Below are positions 1-9,553 of a stretch of DNA of 41,066 bases, in pieces. The translations under genes and the position numbers were made by a program. Numbering within the stretch: the stretch's first letter is position 1; each line of letters opens with the position of its first letter. The stretch spans positions 1-41,066 of the IMG/VR virus record IMGVR_UViG_3300014201_000006; one strand, given 5' to 3'. The DNA comes from a virus. Its lineage: Duplodnaviria; Caudoviricetes. The notes under the pieces were generated by a model, which saw nothing but the letters and a program-made list of their open reading frames with translations, did no database searches and was not told the DNA's origin.

Positions 1-123
1 ACAGGATGGCCTTTCGCTTTAGAAATACCATGCTCTTGCTGAGATTTAATAGCTTCGGTTGTGTCTTCGTAAGTTCCTACAGCTCCAGCACCTTCGGCTG
101 AACTTTCAGCTTTATGCTTTACA
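1..123. repeat. 123-bp direct repeat identical to 40944-41066 (circular assembly overlap)
   Basis: Bases 1-123 match 40944-41066; the junction lies inside an ORF that reads through it. Confidence 0.97.
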
Positions 124-197
124 CCTTCTGGAAATACGGAACCTTTAGAGCGACCGCCAATCCAGCTAGAATGATCGTTAATTTTACGTCCTGACAT
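1..197 (-). CDS. small protein downstream of portal (72 aa, spans the circular junction, stop at 40922-40924)
   Basis: ATG at 197 with AGGAG RBS; MSGRKINDHSSWIGG...KGHPVKNNYRN* once the ends are joined. Confidence 0.75.
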   Translation of the reverse strand, partial: MSGRKINDHSSWIGGRSKGSVFPEGVKHKAESSAEGAGAVGTYEDTTEAIKSQQEHGISKAKGHP

Positions 198-277
198 ATA
201 TTTCTCCTGAGCCATTAGGCTCGTTTTAGTGTCATTACTTCTCTGTAGCATTATAAACGAATTCTATCAAGAATTCA

Positions 278-2410
278 TTACATATTTTGCGCTTGCTGCT
301 CTTGATCGCCTTCTTGTCCTTGTCCACCCATACCCGCAAGCATTTGAGCTACAAAGTCATTGGACAAGCTTGTTCTCTTAGCATCCTCTTTGGCTAGATC
401 TTCCTTTGTTTGTTCTTGATTATCTAAAGAATCAATATCATTCATCTTAAGGTGTGCCTCCAATTCCCCATAACGATGCGCCACCTCGACCAGCTTCTCT
501 AAAGCTTCTGTTTTGGCTTTTGTAGAAAGCGCGTTATTTTTCCCTATCATACTTAAACGCTCTTCAAAGAGGCCAATATTACTTTCAGCCCTTCCATGCC
601 GCTCACGTGCATTGGCTATATTTAACGCAGCTTTAGAATAGAGTTCTTTAAGTTTGCCCTCTTCAACAGCATGTTCAAGATGCATACTATGCTCTTGAGC
701 AGCAGCTTCTTTTTGTTGTTGTTGTTCGAGAATCTTAATGACTTCGGCTTTTCCGGTGATATTGAGTTTAGGTATGATCATTGCAGGACTGAATATCTCT
801 TTTCCAAAGCGCTCGTTCATCTCAATCATTTGCTGTGCTTGAAGGTTCTGTTGTGTCGGAGTCAAATCGCTTTCCTCTACAATCGAATTGTACTTTGCAA
901 AGACCTTAGAATAGAAATAGGGAGAAGGTTCTTCACCGATTAACATGCCGACTTTCTCGGCACTCCAGTTATTTAGAACCACCTGTAATAACCTGTCTCC
1001 CAGAGTCTTTAACGATTGGTCCCACTGATCGAAATACTTCTGGAATACCATCAGGTTAGCGGCTTGCTTCAGCATCACGGTTAGGCTTGAAGTCTGTTTA
1101 TCTTCTTGGGCGGACCAGTTCTCTAGGTTAATACCTGAAGTCTTATACATCAGATCTTCCATCTGTTGCGCTAGGGCGAGATCAGATTCAGGGACCGCAG
1201 TTGGTATGATCTTCTCGCAGTCAGTCATCTCGAAGCCGTCATTGATAATGACATCCCATCCTTGTCCGGACTTCTTGAGGTTATCTTCATTGGCTACAGC
1301 ACCAACTTTGCGCTTCCATCCATTGTTGATGGTCGCTACGGCTATATCGTTGTTATTTATTACCTTGCTGTTGAACAAGAACTGAGAGGACCGCATGGTT
1401 CGGATAAGGCCGCGCACGCGTAAATCATAGTAGTTAATATGAGGTTCATAATTCCATAATACTGGAACAAAAGGGCAGCCGTCAAAGCCGAGTGGGTTCT
1501 CGCCTTGGAACATCAATTGATCGTTCAAAACAGTGCATAATTTCCATGTAGGAACTTCAACTGTGACCTCTTCAAGATCGGGAATGTTCTGTATTAAAGC
1601 ATCCATATTCCCATCGCCGCCAGCGAAGTCGAAGAATTGATTTCTGGATCTGCTATAAAGGCGTTTCTTCTTGCGTTTCCATTTATACCAAACGTATGAA
1701 AGGACCATCAAGTCATTGCGTGCCATATTGTAGTTTTCTGGCAGGAAGTAGAAATTACCATATCTTTGTGGTGTTCCAGACATCGGCATAATTGAAACTT
1801 TTTTGTCAGGAAATCGTGCTTCTGCCTCACGCTTTGTTATATATTCTTGGCACCAGACAAACTGGCTGTCTTCGAACGTTAATGACCTAGCGTATGGATC
1901 ACAGAGGAAAGAGTTGTATTCCCACAATTTGACTTTCAGCTCTCCCTGAGCCTGATCATCTCCAGTATAATCAAGATAGGGCTGTAATAGAACCATACCC
2001 GTAATGGCCGATTGTTCGCACGCCCTTGAGAACTGTTCGTGGATATGATTAGTATTAGCTACGTGTGTAATTAGCTTCGTGTATTGATCAGTCGTCTGAG
2101 CGTCCGAGCCTTCCGATGGAACATAACTAAAATTCTTGCGATGCTGTCTTTGATAACCAGTCAGCATGTTTATAGGTTGCTGACATATATTAAAGTAAAA
2201 ATTACTGTTGCTTGTGGTGTTTTGGCCAGTATTAAAGTAGCGATTTAAAAACTGCTGCTCGCCTGCATAGAAAAGTGTGTCGATGTTCCCTTGATTCCAT
2301 CTCGACTGTTCCACGGGCATGAACTTCGAGCTAAGATTGTCGAGCCATTGCCTTACATTGCCTTGATTGGGCTCAATATCGTTATTCCAAGGCGGATAAT
2401 AAAAGGTCAC
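278..2410 (-). CDS. portal protein, P22/podovirus-like
   Basis: 710 aa, downstream of terL; motifs 'FNICQQPINMLTGYQRQ', 'PFVPV...RGLIRTMRSSQ..FN'; Gln-rich coiled-coil C-terminus. Confidence 0.9.
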   Translation of the reverse strand: MTFYYPPWNNDIEPNQGNVRQWLDNLSSKFMPVEQSRWNQGNIDTLFYAGEQQFLNRYFNTGQNTTSNSNFYFNICQQPINMLTGYQRQHRKNFSYVPSEGSDAQTTDQYTKLITHVANTNHIHEQFSRACEQSAITGMVLLQPYLDYTGDDQAQGELKVKLWEYNSFLCDPYARSLTFEDSQFVWCQEYITKREAEARFPDKKVSIMPMSGTPQRYGNFYFLPENYNMARNDLMVLSYVWYKWKRKKKRLYSRSRNQFFDFAGGDGNMDALIQNIPDLEEVTVEVPTWKLCTVLNDQLMFQGENPLGFDGCPFVPVLWNYEPHINYYDLRVRGLIRTMRSSQFLFNSKVINNNDIAVATINNGWKRKVGAVANEDNLKKSGQGWDVIINDGFEMTDCEKIIPTAVPESDLALAQQMEDLMYKTSGINLENWSAQEDKQTSSLTVMLKQAANLMVFQKYFDQWDQSLKTLGDRLLQVVLNNWSAEKVGMLIGEEPSPYFYSKVFAKYNSIVEESDLTPTQQNLQAQQMIEMNERFGKEIFSPAMIIPKLNITGKAEVIKILEQQQQKEAAAQEHSMHLEHAVEEGKLKELYSKAALNIANARERHGRAESNIGLFEERLSMIGKNNALSTKAKTEALEKLVEVAHRYGELEAHLKMNDIDSLDNQEQTKEDLAKEDAKRTSLSNDFVAQMLAGMGGQGQEGDQEQQAQNM

Positions 2411-2412
2411 CG

Positions 2413-2474
2413 AGCCCCCTTAATGACATGAAGGTTTAAAATTTCACCTTACATTAAGGGCTTAAAAGGGTCAA
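2413..2474 (-). promoter_or_regulatory. sigma70-type promoter (TTGACC-17-TAAGGT) overlapping a hairpin that sequesters the portal RBS
   Basis: -35 at 2469-2474, -10 at 2446-2451; spacer CCCTTAATG pairs with CATTAAGGG, which covers the RBS. Confidence 0.7.
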
Positions 2475-2480
2475 TAGTGG

Positions 2481-2786
2481 TTAAATTGCCAATAACAATT
2501 GATTAGGATTGTGTTTTCTTACACGCCAATGAAACTTTAAATGCTGAGATGGAGTTAGCATCAAAAGATTAGAAATCTCGTTGTTTGAGGGATCATCGTC
2601 TCTGTGATGGATGTCCATACCCGGAAGAACCTCTCCAAAGTATATCATCCATACCCAACGGTGAGCATATAAACCGCTGTCGGTTGTACAAACCCAGTAA
2701 CCGTCTTTTCTTTCAAAGAACTTTTTGCCGAAATAGACTTGATAAGCTTTCATATCAAACAACTTTGCCATTATTTGATATAACAT
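2481..2786 (-). CDS. HNH endonuclease (HNH_3-like)
   Basis: 'YAHRWVW...DIHHRDDDPSNNEISNL.....SQHLKFH' HNH signature. Confidence 0.85.
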   Translation of the reverse strand: MLYQIMAKLFDMKAYQVYFGKKFFERKDGYWVCTTDSGLYAHRWVWMIYFGEVLPGMDIHHRDDDPSNNEISNLLMLTPSQHLKFHWRVRKHNPNQLLLAI

Positions 2787-3032
2787 TCAACCAGATTTGT
2801 ATTTCATCCTATCTCGTTCTATTTCTAAAAAAGCCAAAAGACTTGGCAATGAAGTTTGTAAAGTAAATTGAAGATCTCTGGGATTTAGCTTCATTTCTTG
2901 AACCTTAAAAAGAATAGTCTTAATCGTAGCTATTGTAAAATTAATATCATATTTTCTACCATCTATCTGGCTCTGAATGTGGTCCGGGTTGTTTTTGTTT
3001 ATTTCAACAAGAAATTTGTCTTCTTTAATCAT
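2787..3032 (-). CDS. hypothetical protein
   Basis: 81 aa, translationally coupled to terL (TAATG). Confidence 0.6.
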   Translation of the reverse strand: MIKEDKFLVEINKNNPDHIQSQIDGRKYDINFTIATIKTILFKVQEMKLNPRDLQFTLQTSLPSLLAFLEIERDRMKYKSG

Positions 3033-4315
3033 TAAAAATTACTCCTAAATCTATCTCTCATATATTGATTCGGATCATGTTTGTAAGGCTGATACTTGCT
3101 TACCTTATGGGTTAAGGCATATCGAAGTGCGTCAAGCGCGTGGTCATTTTGCTTCAGCGGCGCATCCTCGCCCTTCTCAGCCTTCTTCTTATCCCAAACA
3201 TACTGTTCGATCTCGTCGATCAACACATCGCATTCCTGACAGACAAACAAGTTTCCCTGCGCCATTTCAGAGGTCATATGAGTAATACCACTCAACACCT
3301 CATTATCAGCGTCAATTGTGGCTATGCCTCGTTTCCGAAGTTCCACTTTAAAAGAAGCAGCACTAGGGTCGATATACACGCCGCGTAAAGTATAAGGGGC
3401 TAAAAACTCCTCGATGTCTTTAGCATACTCCGCATTTGTTTTCTGTCTTCCCTTTTTACCAGAATCCCAGACGTACTCTTTTTCTACCCAGCGGCACACC
3501 CCTTGTTGAGTAGCATGACCAGTATTAACACCGACCAGCACACACGCAAAGTTGTTAGTAACGCCATAATCTATACCCGCAATCCAGTATTCTGCAGCAC
3601 GAGGGGGGCGTTTTACAACATGAATCTTTCTATCAAAGAAGTCGAAGATGGCACCTTCTGCAAGACACCATAGACCTAGATAATTCCTCTTATAGAATAG
3701 GCCGGATAAGCTCTCACGGACCATCCTTTTATACTCTTCATCGACGTATGGATTATGTTCTAGTGTAAATTTTAATTCGTAATATAATGGGTCGTTTGCG
3801 ATGGCTTTATCTATCCACTGCTTTATCTTGTGAGTCGGATGCGAGGGGTTGCAAGAACAGAACAATTGAGAATGGGGATTAGATAGCCGCGTATGAATCA
3901 TATCAATAATAGACTCAGGGTAAAGCGTAATCTCGTCGCAGTAAGCAAGCGAAAACGTCTTACCTTGTATAGCGCCGATAGCGCCTTCGTCCTTTGCGCC
4001 GACTGTCGAAATAGTCTTGTTACGAAACTTAAGCTCAGCCTTACCCGGGTGCCACGTGAGAAATGGTTGAAAGATGGCAAGAGGATTGTTCGGTGTATTG
4101 GACTCCATAAGTAAGCGGACCGCATTGTGGTAGATCGTAGAGGAAGAGTGGCCTATCATCCATATTTGGGAATCAGGACATGCGTCTACCGCTTGCATGA
4201 ATCTAAATAGTGTGCTAACAGTTTTACCAGAACGGACAGAGCCGTGGGCTATGTTGATTTTCTTAGTGGAGTCTAAGATGAACTCCATCTGCCTGGGGGC
4301 TAAAAGATTTTGCAT
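3032..4315 (-). CDS. terL: terminase large subunit (PBSX-like)
   Basis: Walker A 'GSVRSGKT', Walker B 'AYCDE', 'SCNP', RNase H-like 'AGIDYG' and 'NDHALDALRY'. Confidence 0.96.
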   Translation of the reverse strand: MQNLLAPRQMEFILDSTKKINIAHGSVRSGKTVSTLFRFMQAVDACPDSQIWMIGHSSSTIYHNAVRLLMESNTPNNPLAIFQPFLTWHPGKAELKFRNKTISTVGAKDEGAIGAIQGKTFSLAYCDEITLYPESIIDMIHTRLSNPHSQLFCSCNPSHPTHKIKQWIDKAIANDPLYYELKFTLEHNPYVDEEYKRMVRESLSGLFYKRNYLGLWCLAEGAIFDFFDRKIHVVKRPPRAAEYWIAGIDYGVTNNFACVLVGVNTGHATQQGVCRWVEKEYVWDSGKKGRQKTNAEYAKDIEEFLAPYTLRGVYIDPSAASFKVELRKRGIATIDADNEVLSGITHMTSEMAQGNLFVCQECDVLIDEIEQYVWDKKKAEKGEDAPLKQNDHALDALRYALTHKVSKYQPYKHDPNQYMRDRFRSNF

Positions 4316-4330
4316 ATATAAGGAGAAAGT

Positions 4331-4687
4331 ATGGAAACAGGTTTTTTATTGCCACCACAAATAATTCAAAGGTTCAGCTCTTTGCTTTTATCAATGCCCG
4401 TTCCAAAAATGAGAGATGATTCTGAAACTTTATGGAATATGTATTCTTATATCAAAGACAAACTTGTGAAAAAAACTGCAAAACATCCTGAATGGGAAAA
4501 TAAATGTAAAAAATTAGAAAAATTATTTTTGGAGTTATATGAGCGGACATTGGCTAAAGAAAAAGACCTCAAAGAAAAGAAGACACACCATACTCAGCAA
4601 CCCTTCTATAGGTTTAGAGATCCTGATCAAAATAAGCGAAGATTATTTACAGGACTTAAATGCCGATCACGAGGTTTTAAATTATAA
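4331..4687 (+). CDS. hypothetical protein
   Basis: AAGGAG RBS, 118 aa. Confidence 0.55.
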   Translation: METGFLLPPQIIQRFSSLLLSMPVPKMRDDSETLWNMYSYIKDKLVKKTAKHPEWENKCKKLEKLFLELYERTLAKEKDLKEKKTHHTQQPFYRFRDPDQNKRRLFTGLKCRSRGFKL

Positions 4688-4723
4688 TTTAGGAAAAACT
4701 ATAAAATTCGAAAGGTATAAAGC

Positions 4724-4876
4724 ATGAAAAACAAAAGAAAAGGTAAAGAGATTAAGTCTAAATATCGAACTCCTATGCCGGGAATGAGCCCACATGAATA
4801 TCTTTTATGGATATACCAGCAGCTCAACAATCAGGCGGGCGTGAAATCTTTAATGAGGAGCTTGGCTGAGAAATGA
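4724..4876 (+). CDS. small basic hypothetical protein (50 aa)
   Basis: ATG 4724; stop overlaps the next ATG (ATGA). Confidence 0.45.
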   Translation: MKNKRKGKEIKSKYRTPMPGMSPHEYLLWIYQQLNNQAGVKSLMRSLAEK

Positions 4877-5265
4877 AAAACCGCGCGAAGTGCAAACTCT
4901 GCAACAGCATCCTTGAAAGCTTTCACACTTACGACTACGTAACCTGCAAGTGCGGCGAGATCAGCATTTCTGGCGGCAATGATCGGCTAGAGTGTTCTGC
5001 GAAGAATTGGTCGAACTTTTTAAGAATTGACGACAATGGTAACGAAATCATCGTAAAGGTCAAAGGTGAATCTGAAACAATCGAAACAACTGCACAAGAA
5101 GTACCACCAATGAGTAGAGATGATAAGATCGAAATGCTCGAAGCAATGATATTAAACATCGAACATTTGCCAGAAAGGGCTAAGTTTGAGCCTATTACTC
5201 ACATGGATATGTATTCTTATATGGCCGTTGTTTTATCTATTTTAAAGGAGGAAAAAAAACCTTAA
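4873..5265 (+). CDS. Zn-ribbon phage protein
   Basis: 'NRAKCKLCNSILES...VTCKCGEISISGG' CxxC...CxC motif common in phages. Confidence 0.7.
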   Translation: MKNRAKCKLCNSILESFHTYDYVTCKCGEISISGGNDRLECSAKNWSNFLRIDDNGNEIIVKVKGESETIETTAQEVPPMSRDDKIEMLEAMILNIEHLPERAKFEPITHMDMYSYMAVVLSILKEEKKP

Positions 5266-5280
5266 TTAATTTGCTTTAAA

Positions 5281-5325
5281 AAAATCTCCATTAGTTGTAA
5301 GTGTGGGCTATATATAGGAGATTTT
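5281..5325 (+). promoter_or_regulatory. RBS-sequestering hairpin before the tail fibre cluster
   Basis: AAAATCTCC (5281-5289) is the perfect reverse complement of GGAGATTTT (5317-5325), which abuts ATG 5326. Confidence 0.7.
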
Positions 5326-6078
5326 ATGACAGCACCTTCAGCAATTCCAGTTTACACACAAGGATTCGGAACTTCATCCACTAACCCAACAATTATTGCA
5401 CAAGTAGCCCCCGGCAATTATTTGCCAGTTGGTATTAAACTTGGACAACATTGGATCAACGAAGCTGCTAATAACGTTTATGTTCTTACTTCAGTTTCAA
5501 CGTCTGCCGGAGTAACAACTCCTACTTGGACCTTATTAGAATCAGGGGCTTCATCTTTCCTATCATTAACTGGCGACACAGGAACTGCAACACCATCTTC
5601 TGGTAACGTGAAAATTGCTGGTACAGCAAACCAAATTACAACTGCTGCATCAGGATCTACAGTTACACTATCTATTCCATCTTCACCATCATTGCCGGGG
5701 ACTGTTACGGCCGCGACGGGGTTTACTGCAACAACAGGCAACTTTACCGCATCAGCTGCTGGAGCAGGTATAGTTTTAAACTCAGGAACTGCTTCAGGAA
5801 CAACAACAGCAACTTTGAATGGTAGATCTGGCCAAGTAACAATTACAACTCCAACTATAAATGCAGGAGCAACATTTTCATTTGCACTGACCAATAGTTC
5901 AATTACAGCGTCTACAACCCAAGTTCTTTATGGTCTGACTGGCGGAACAACTGGTTCAGCTATCACAATCCAAAGTGTGACCAATAGTGCGTCAACATCA
6001 ACCATTGTAATACAGAATGCTTCTGCTGTAACCAATAGTACTGGATCGCTGGTTCTCACATTTTTAGTCCTTAACTAA
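5326..6078 (+). CDS. tail fibre/spike-associated structural protein
   Basis: Thr/Ser/Gly-rich; 'SLTGDTGTATPSSGNVKIAG' module shared with 7180 and 10594. Confidence 0.7.
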   Translation: MTAPSAIPVYTQGFGTSSTNPTIIAQVAPGNYLPVGIKLGQHWINEAANNVYVLTSVSTSAGVTTPTWTLLESGASSFLSLTGDTGTATPSSGNVKIAGTANQITTAASGSTVTLSIPSSPSLPGTVTAATGFTATTGNFTASAAGAGIVLNSGTASGTTTATLNGRSGQVTITTPTINAGATFSFALTNSSITASTTQVLYGLTGGTTGSAITIQSVTNSASTSTIVIQNASAVTNSTGSLVLTFLVLN

Positions 6079-6087
6079 GGATGCTCA

Positions 6088-6423
6088 ATGGCCAATGTTC
6101 AAACGGTATCAATAGATCCTATTAGAGTATTAGCCGAAGCAAGCATCGGTGCAACTTACGTTGCATTTGGTACGCCATTTACAAACCCGGTCCGCCTTAT
6201 TGTCGTCGCAAACAATACTGACGGCGACATGTACATTTCTGATGATGGCGTTAACAATAAAATGTTTGTAGGTGCTGGCGTTACTAGAGTATTGGACTTA
6301 AATACCAACAGACTAGCAAATGACAAATATTGGGCATTCCCAAACAACACACAATTCTACATCAAGTACATCACAATGCCAACAAAAGGAGCTGTCTACC
6401 TTGAAGCTTATTGGGGGCAGTGA
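6088..6423 (+). CDS. small virion-associated hypothetical protein
   Basis: 111 aa, beta-rich, within the tail cluster. Confidence 0.6.
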   Translation: MANVQTVSIDPIRVLAEASIGATYVAFGTPFTNPVRLIVVANNTDGDMYISDDGVNNKMFVGAGVTRVLDLNTNRLANDKYWAFPNNTQFYIKYITMPTKGAVYLEAYWGQ

Positions 6424-7064
6424 TGCAAGATGTACGAGTAACAGCTACTATTCATGCAATAGAATCCCGAGTAGATTCTTTTAGGCGCGAAGTAGACGCA
6501 ATAAATCATTATATTAACGTATTCAAAACACAGATTGAAGAACTGTACAGCAAGCCAAATGTACCAGTTGAGTTTGCAGAATTCAAAAGAACTGCAGAAT
6601 CTTTTTTCAAAGAAGTCGGCGACAAATTTTCTACTAATAAGTTACTAGTAGACGGTATTAGAGGTGTATTAGAAATGCTTAAAAGTGCCGTGTCACATCA
6701 CGACATTTTGATCAATCAAGTACGCGACACAATACCATTTATTGAACAGCGTATCACAGACACAAGCGACACACTATCACAGAAAATTGTATCCATTACG
6801 ACAGCATTTTCTAATAAGTACGATGCACATGCAGACAGGCAAAAGAAGCAACTTGAAGATTTTAGTATGCACGCTTTAGCGGCTCCTAAATCTGTCATCG
6901 AAACCAACAAATCTATATCAGACAAAATTGATATTGCACTACTCGAATCATCAAACGCCATAGCTAAAATGTGCAATCTGGAACAGACACTAAAGATGCT
7001 CGATAGAAAGTTAGATGGCCTTGCAATACAGGTAAAAAAAGTAGAACTAGCACAACAGGGATAG
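6423..7064 (+). CDS. coiled-coil hypothetical protein
   Basis: ATG 6423 overlaps the previous TGA; heptad-like helical sequence. Confidence 0.65.
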   Translation: MQDVRVTATIHAIESRVDSFRREVDAINHYINVFKTQIEELYSKPNVPVEFAEFKRTAESFFKEVGDKFSTNKLLVDGIRGVLEMLKSAVSHHDILINQVRDTIPFIEQRITDTSDTLSQKIVSITTAFSNKYDAHADRQKKQLEDFSMHALAAPKSVIETNKSISDKIDIALLESSNAIAKMCNLEQTLKMLDRKLDGLAIQVKKVELAQQG

Positions 7065-7068
7065 GTGC

Positions 7069-8922
7069 ATTATTTCTCATATTGAAGTTACAGACCTTGT
7101 AAACAATACACCTTCAATTCCTACAGAGTTCATAACGAATAGCGGTACTGCCGTACCTATTGCAAATACACTTTATATATTGGGTGAATCAGTTGCAGCA
7201 GATGGTATTCCTGTACAAACAACAGGCGCAACAGACGTTGTTACAATAAAAGTACAACAAGCATCTGCACAAGCATCATCCAGCGCAACAAATGCAGGAC
7301 TTGCATCATTTAATAGTGCAGATTTTAGTGTCGATGCAAATGGGTATGTAACATTTACTGGCAGTGGTGCAACAGAGACTTTGACAGGCAATAGCGGTGG
7401 TGCAGTAGGACCTGCGGCTGGTAACATTAATACAGTTGGTACAGGTTCAATAACCGTTGTAGGAAATCCCGGTACTAATACAACCACAGTACAGCTAACA
7501 GGACTTACTAACCATGATGTATTAGTAGGGGCTGGCACAGCAACTATAACCAGCGTTAGTCCATCAACTGCTGGCTTTGTACTTACATCAAACGGTGTTG
7601 CGGCTGATCCATCGTTTCAAGCAGTAACTGCATCAGGTGCAGTAACAACCGTTACAGGAAATTCCGGTGGTGCTGAAGTGCCACTTGCAGGAAACTTTAA
7701 CATACTTGGCACAGGAAGTATCACAGTTGCTGGTAGTGCTAATACAGAGACGGTACAACTTACTGGACTTACTAACCATGCATTACAGGTCGGAGCTGGT
7801 ACAGCGACACTTACTCAACTTGGTGCTGGCACAACTGGTCAAGTGCTACAAACTAATACCGGAGCTGATCCTACTTGGAGCAGTGCAACCTATCCATCTA
7901 CAACGACTATCAATGACGTTCTTTATAGTTCTGCAAACAACGTCGTAGGTCAAGTCACAGCTGCAAATAACGGCGTCTTCATATCAGGAACTACAGGGGT
8001 TCCATCATGGCTTGCTGCTGGCACTACGGGGCAAGTCTTAACTGCTACAACAGGCTCACCTGCAACTTGGGCAAGTCCGGCAACATCCGGAACTGTAACA
8101 TCTGTATCCGTAGTAAGCGCAAATGGTTTTGCAGGAACTGTTGCAACTGCTACTACTACTCCAGCAATTACTCTGACAACCACGCAAACAGGACTCTTAT
8201 CAGGTAACGGTACTGCTGTTACTGGCACAGCAATTACACAGTACAATGTACTCACAGCAGGAGCATCTAATGCACCAAATAGCGTAGCACCAAGCGCTAC
8301 AAGCGGCGTGCCACTTATTAGCCAAGGTGCTGCATCGCAACCTGTATTTGGTACATCGGTAGTAGCGGGTGGTGGTACAGCAGCGACAAGTTTTAATACA
8401 ACAGGCGTTGTCATATCCGGTGCAACATCTACAACAGCATTAAGTGCTATCACACTAACTGATGGTCAGCTTGCAATAGGAAGCAGTGCGGGCAATCCAG
8501 CCGCAGCAACACTTACTGCGGGCACTGGAGTAACCATCACGAACGGGCATAATTCGATTACGATTTCATCGAGCAGCGCGGGTTTTACTTGGAATGATGT
8601 AACAACCACTCCTACGACAATGGCCGCTGAAAACGGGTACATTGCCGATAGCTCTTCTTTTTTACAATTTGTTTTACCAACTAACAATAGTCTTGGCGAT
8701 ACGATTAAGGTCGTTGGAAAAGGGACTGGTCTTTGGACTGTCATAACAAATGGAGCAAGCAGTTCATATATAAACTTCGGATCACTTTCATCTACCCCTA
8801 GTGTTGGATTTTTAACATCAACTAACGCCAATGACTGTATTGAGCTTGTTTGCACAACAGCTAGTGCATCTTCTCCTATTTGGACAGTTGTTAGCTCAAT
8901 CGGGAATATACAGGTGGGTTAA
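7069..8922 (+). CDS. tail fibre protein (start uncertain; frame open from 7051, ORF track starts at TTG 7180)
   Basis: Repeated 'LTGNSGGA..P.AGN.N..GTGSITV.G' and 'LTGLTNH..VGAGTAT' modules; the upstream in-frame segment 'PSIPTEFITNSGTAVPIANTLYILG' resembles the same module family. Confidence 0.8.
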   Translation: MISHIEVTDLVNNTPSIPTEFITNSGTAVPIANTLYILGESVAADGIPVQTTGATDVVTIKVQQASAQASSSATNAGLASFNSADFSVDANGYVTFTGSGATETLTGNSGGAVGPAAGNINTVGTGSITVVGNPGTNTTTVQLTGLTNHDVLVGAGTATITSVSPSTAGFVLTSNGVAADPSFQAVTASGAVTTVTGNSGGAEVPLAGNFNILGTGSITVAGSANTETVQLTGLTNHALQVGAGTATLTQLGAGTTGQVLQTNTGADPTWSSATYPSTTTINDVLYSSANNVVGQVTAANNGVFISGTTGVPSWLAAGTTGQVLTATTGSPATWASPATSGTVTSVSVVSANGFAGTVATATTTPAITLTTTQTGLLSGNGTAVTGTAITQYNVLTAGASNAPNSVAPSATSGVPLISQGAASQPVFGTSVVAGGGTAATSFNTTGVVISGATSTTALSAITLTDGQLAIGSSAGNPAAATLTAGTGVTITNGHNSITISSSSAGFTWNDVTTTPTTMAAENGYIADSSSFLQFVLPTNNSLGDTIKVVGKGTGLWTVITNGASSSYINFGSLSSTPSVGFLTSTNANDCIELVCTTASASSPIWTVVSSIGNIQVG

Positions 8923-8923
8923 T

Positions 8924-9553
8924 ATGGCAAACTATAACAACGCAGCAGATCTTCAGTTAACACGTTATAATGTAATAACAGGCGGCGCAAGTAACGTAAT
9001 TAATAACGTTGCACCGAGCGCAACATCTGGCATTCCCTTAGTTAGCAATGGAAGCTCATCCCAACCAAGTTTTACAACTGCGGTAGTTGCTGGCGGTGGA
9101 ACTGGCAATACAACCTTTACAGCTTATTCAGTTATCTGTGCTGGCACAACTGCAACAGGAGCTTTTCAAAACGTATCAGGAGTTGGATCGTCAGGACAAG
9201 TCCTCACTTCGAATGGCGCATCGGCACTTCCGACTTGGCAAGCTGCATCGATGCCTGCATTAACAATCACCACCGTCGCTCATGCAGCATCACCCTATAC
9301 AGTTCTAGCAGCCGATCAATTTCTAGCCGTCAACGTCTCAGGTGGCGCGGTCACTATCAAGCTTCCAAACGCTCCGACAACTGGCCGTGTCATCTACGTC
9401 AAAGACTCAACAGGAGCTGCTGCAACTAGCAATATAAGCGTAACAACGGTCGGTGGCACTGTCACGATTGACGGCCAAACGACTTACACGATGGCGACAA
9501 ATTATCAATCATTAAGCCTTATCTTCGACGGCTCAAATTATGAGGTGTTCTAA
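8924..9553 (+). CDS. tail fibre/spike protein
   Basis: Probable start MANYNN at 8924; shares 'APSATSG.PL.S.G..SQP.F.T.VVAGGGT' with 7180; C-terminal 'TIKLPNAPTTGRVIYVKD...LIFDGSNY' spike-type beta domain. Confidence 0.75.
   Translation: MANYNNAADLQLTRYNVITGGASNVINNVAPSATSGIPLVSNGSSSQPSFTTAVVAGGGTGNTTFTAYSVICAGTTATGAFQNVSGVGSSGQVLTSNGASALPTWQAASMPALTITTVAHAASPYTVLAADQFLAVNVSGGAVTIKLPNAPTTGRVIYVKDSTGAAATSNISVTTVGGTVTIDGQTTYTMATNYQSLSLIFDGSNYEVF

Noticed and set aside
1-123. Biological direct terminal repeat (T7-like genome ends)
   Set aside because: The repeat falls mid-gene, and the gene reads through after merging; best explained as assembler overlap
7030-7064. Programmed -1 frameshift at A-AAA-AAA-G fusing 6423 to the tail fibre
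   Set aside because: The fibre is in the +1 frame and has a stop at 7048-7050, downstream of the slippery run
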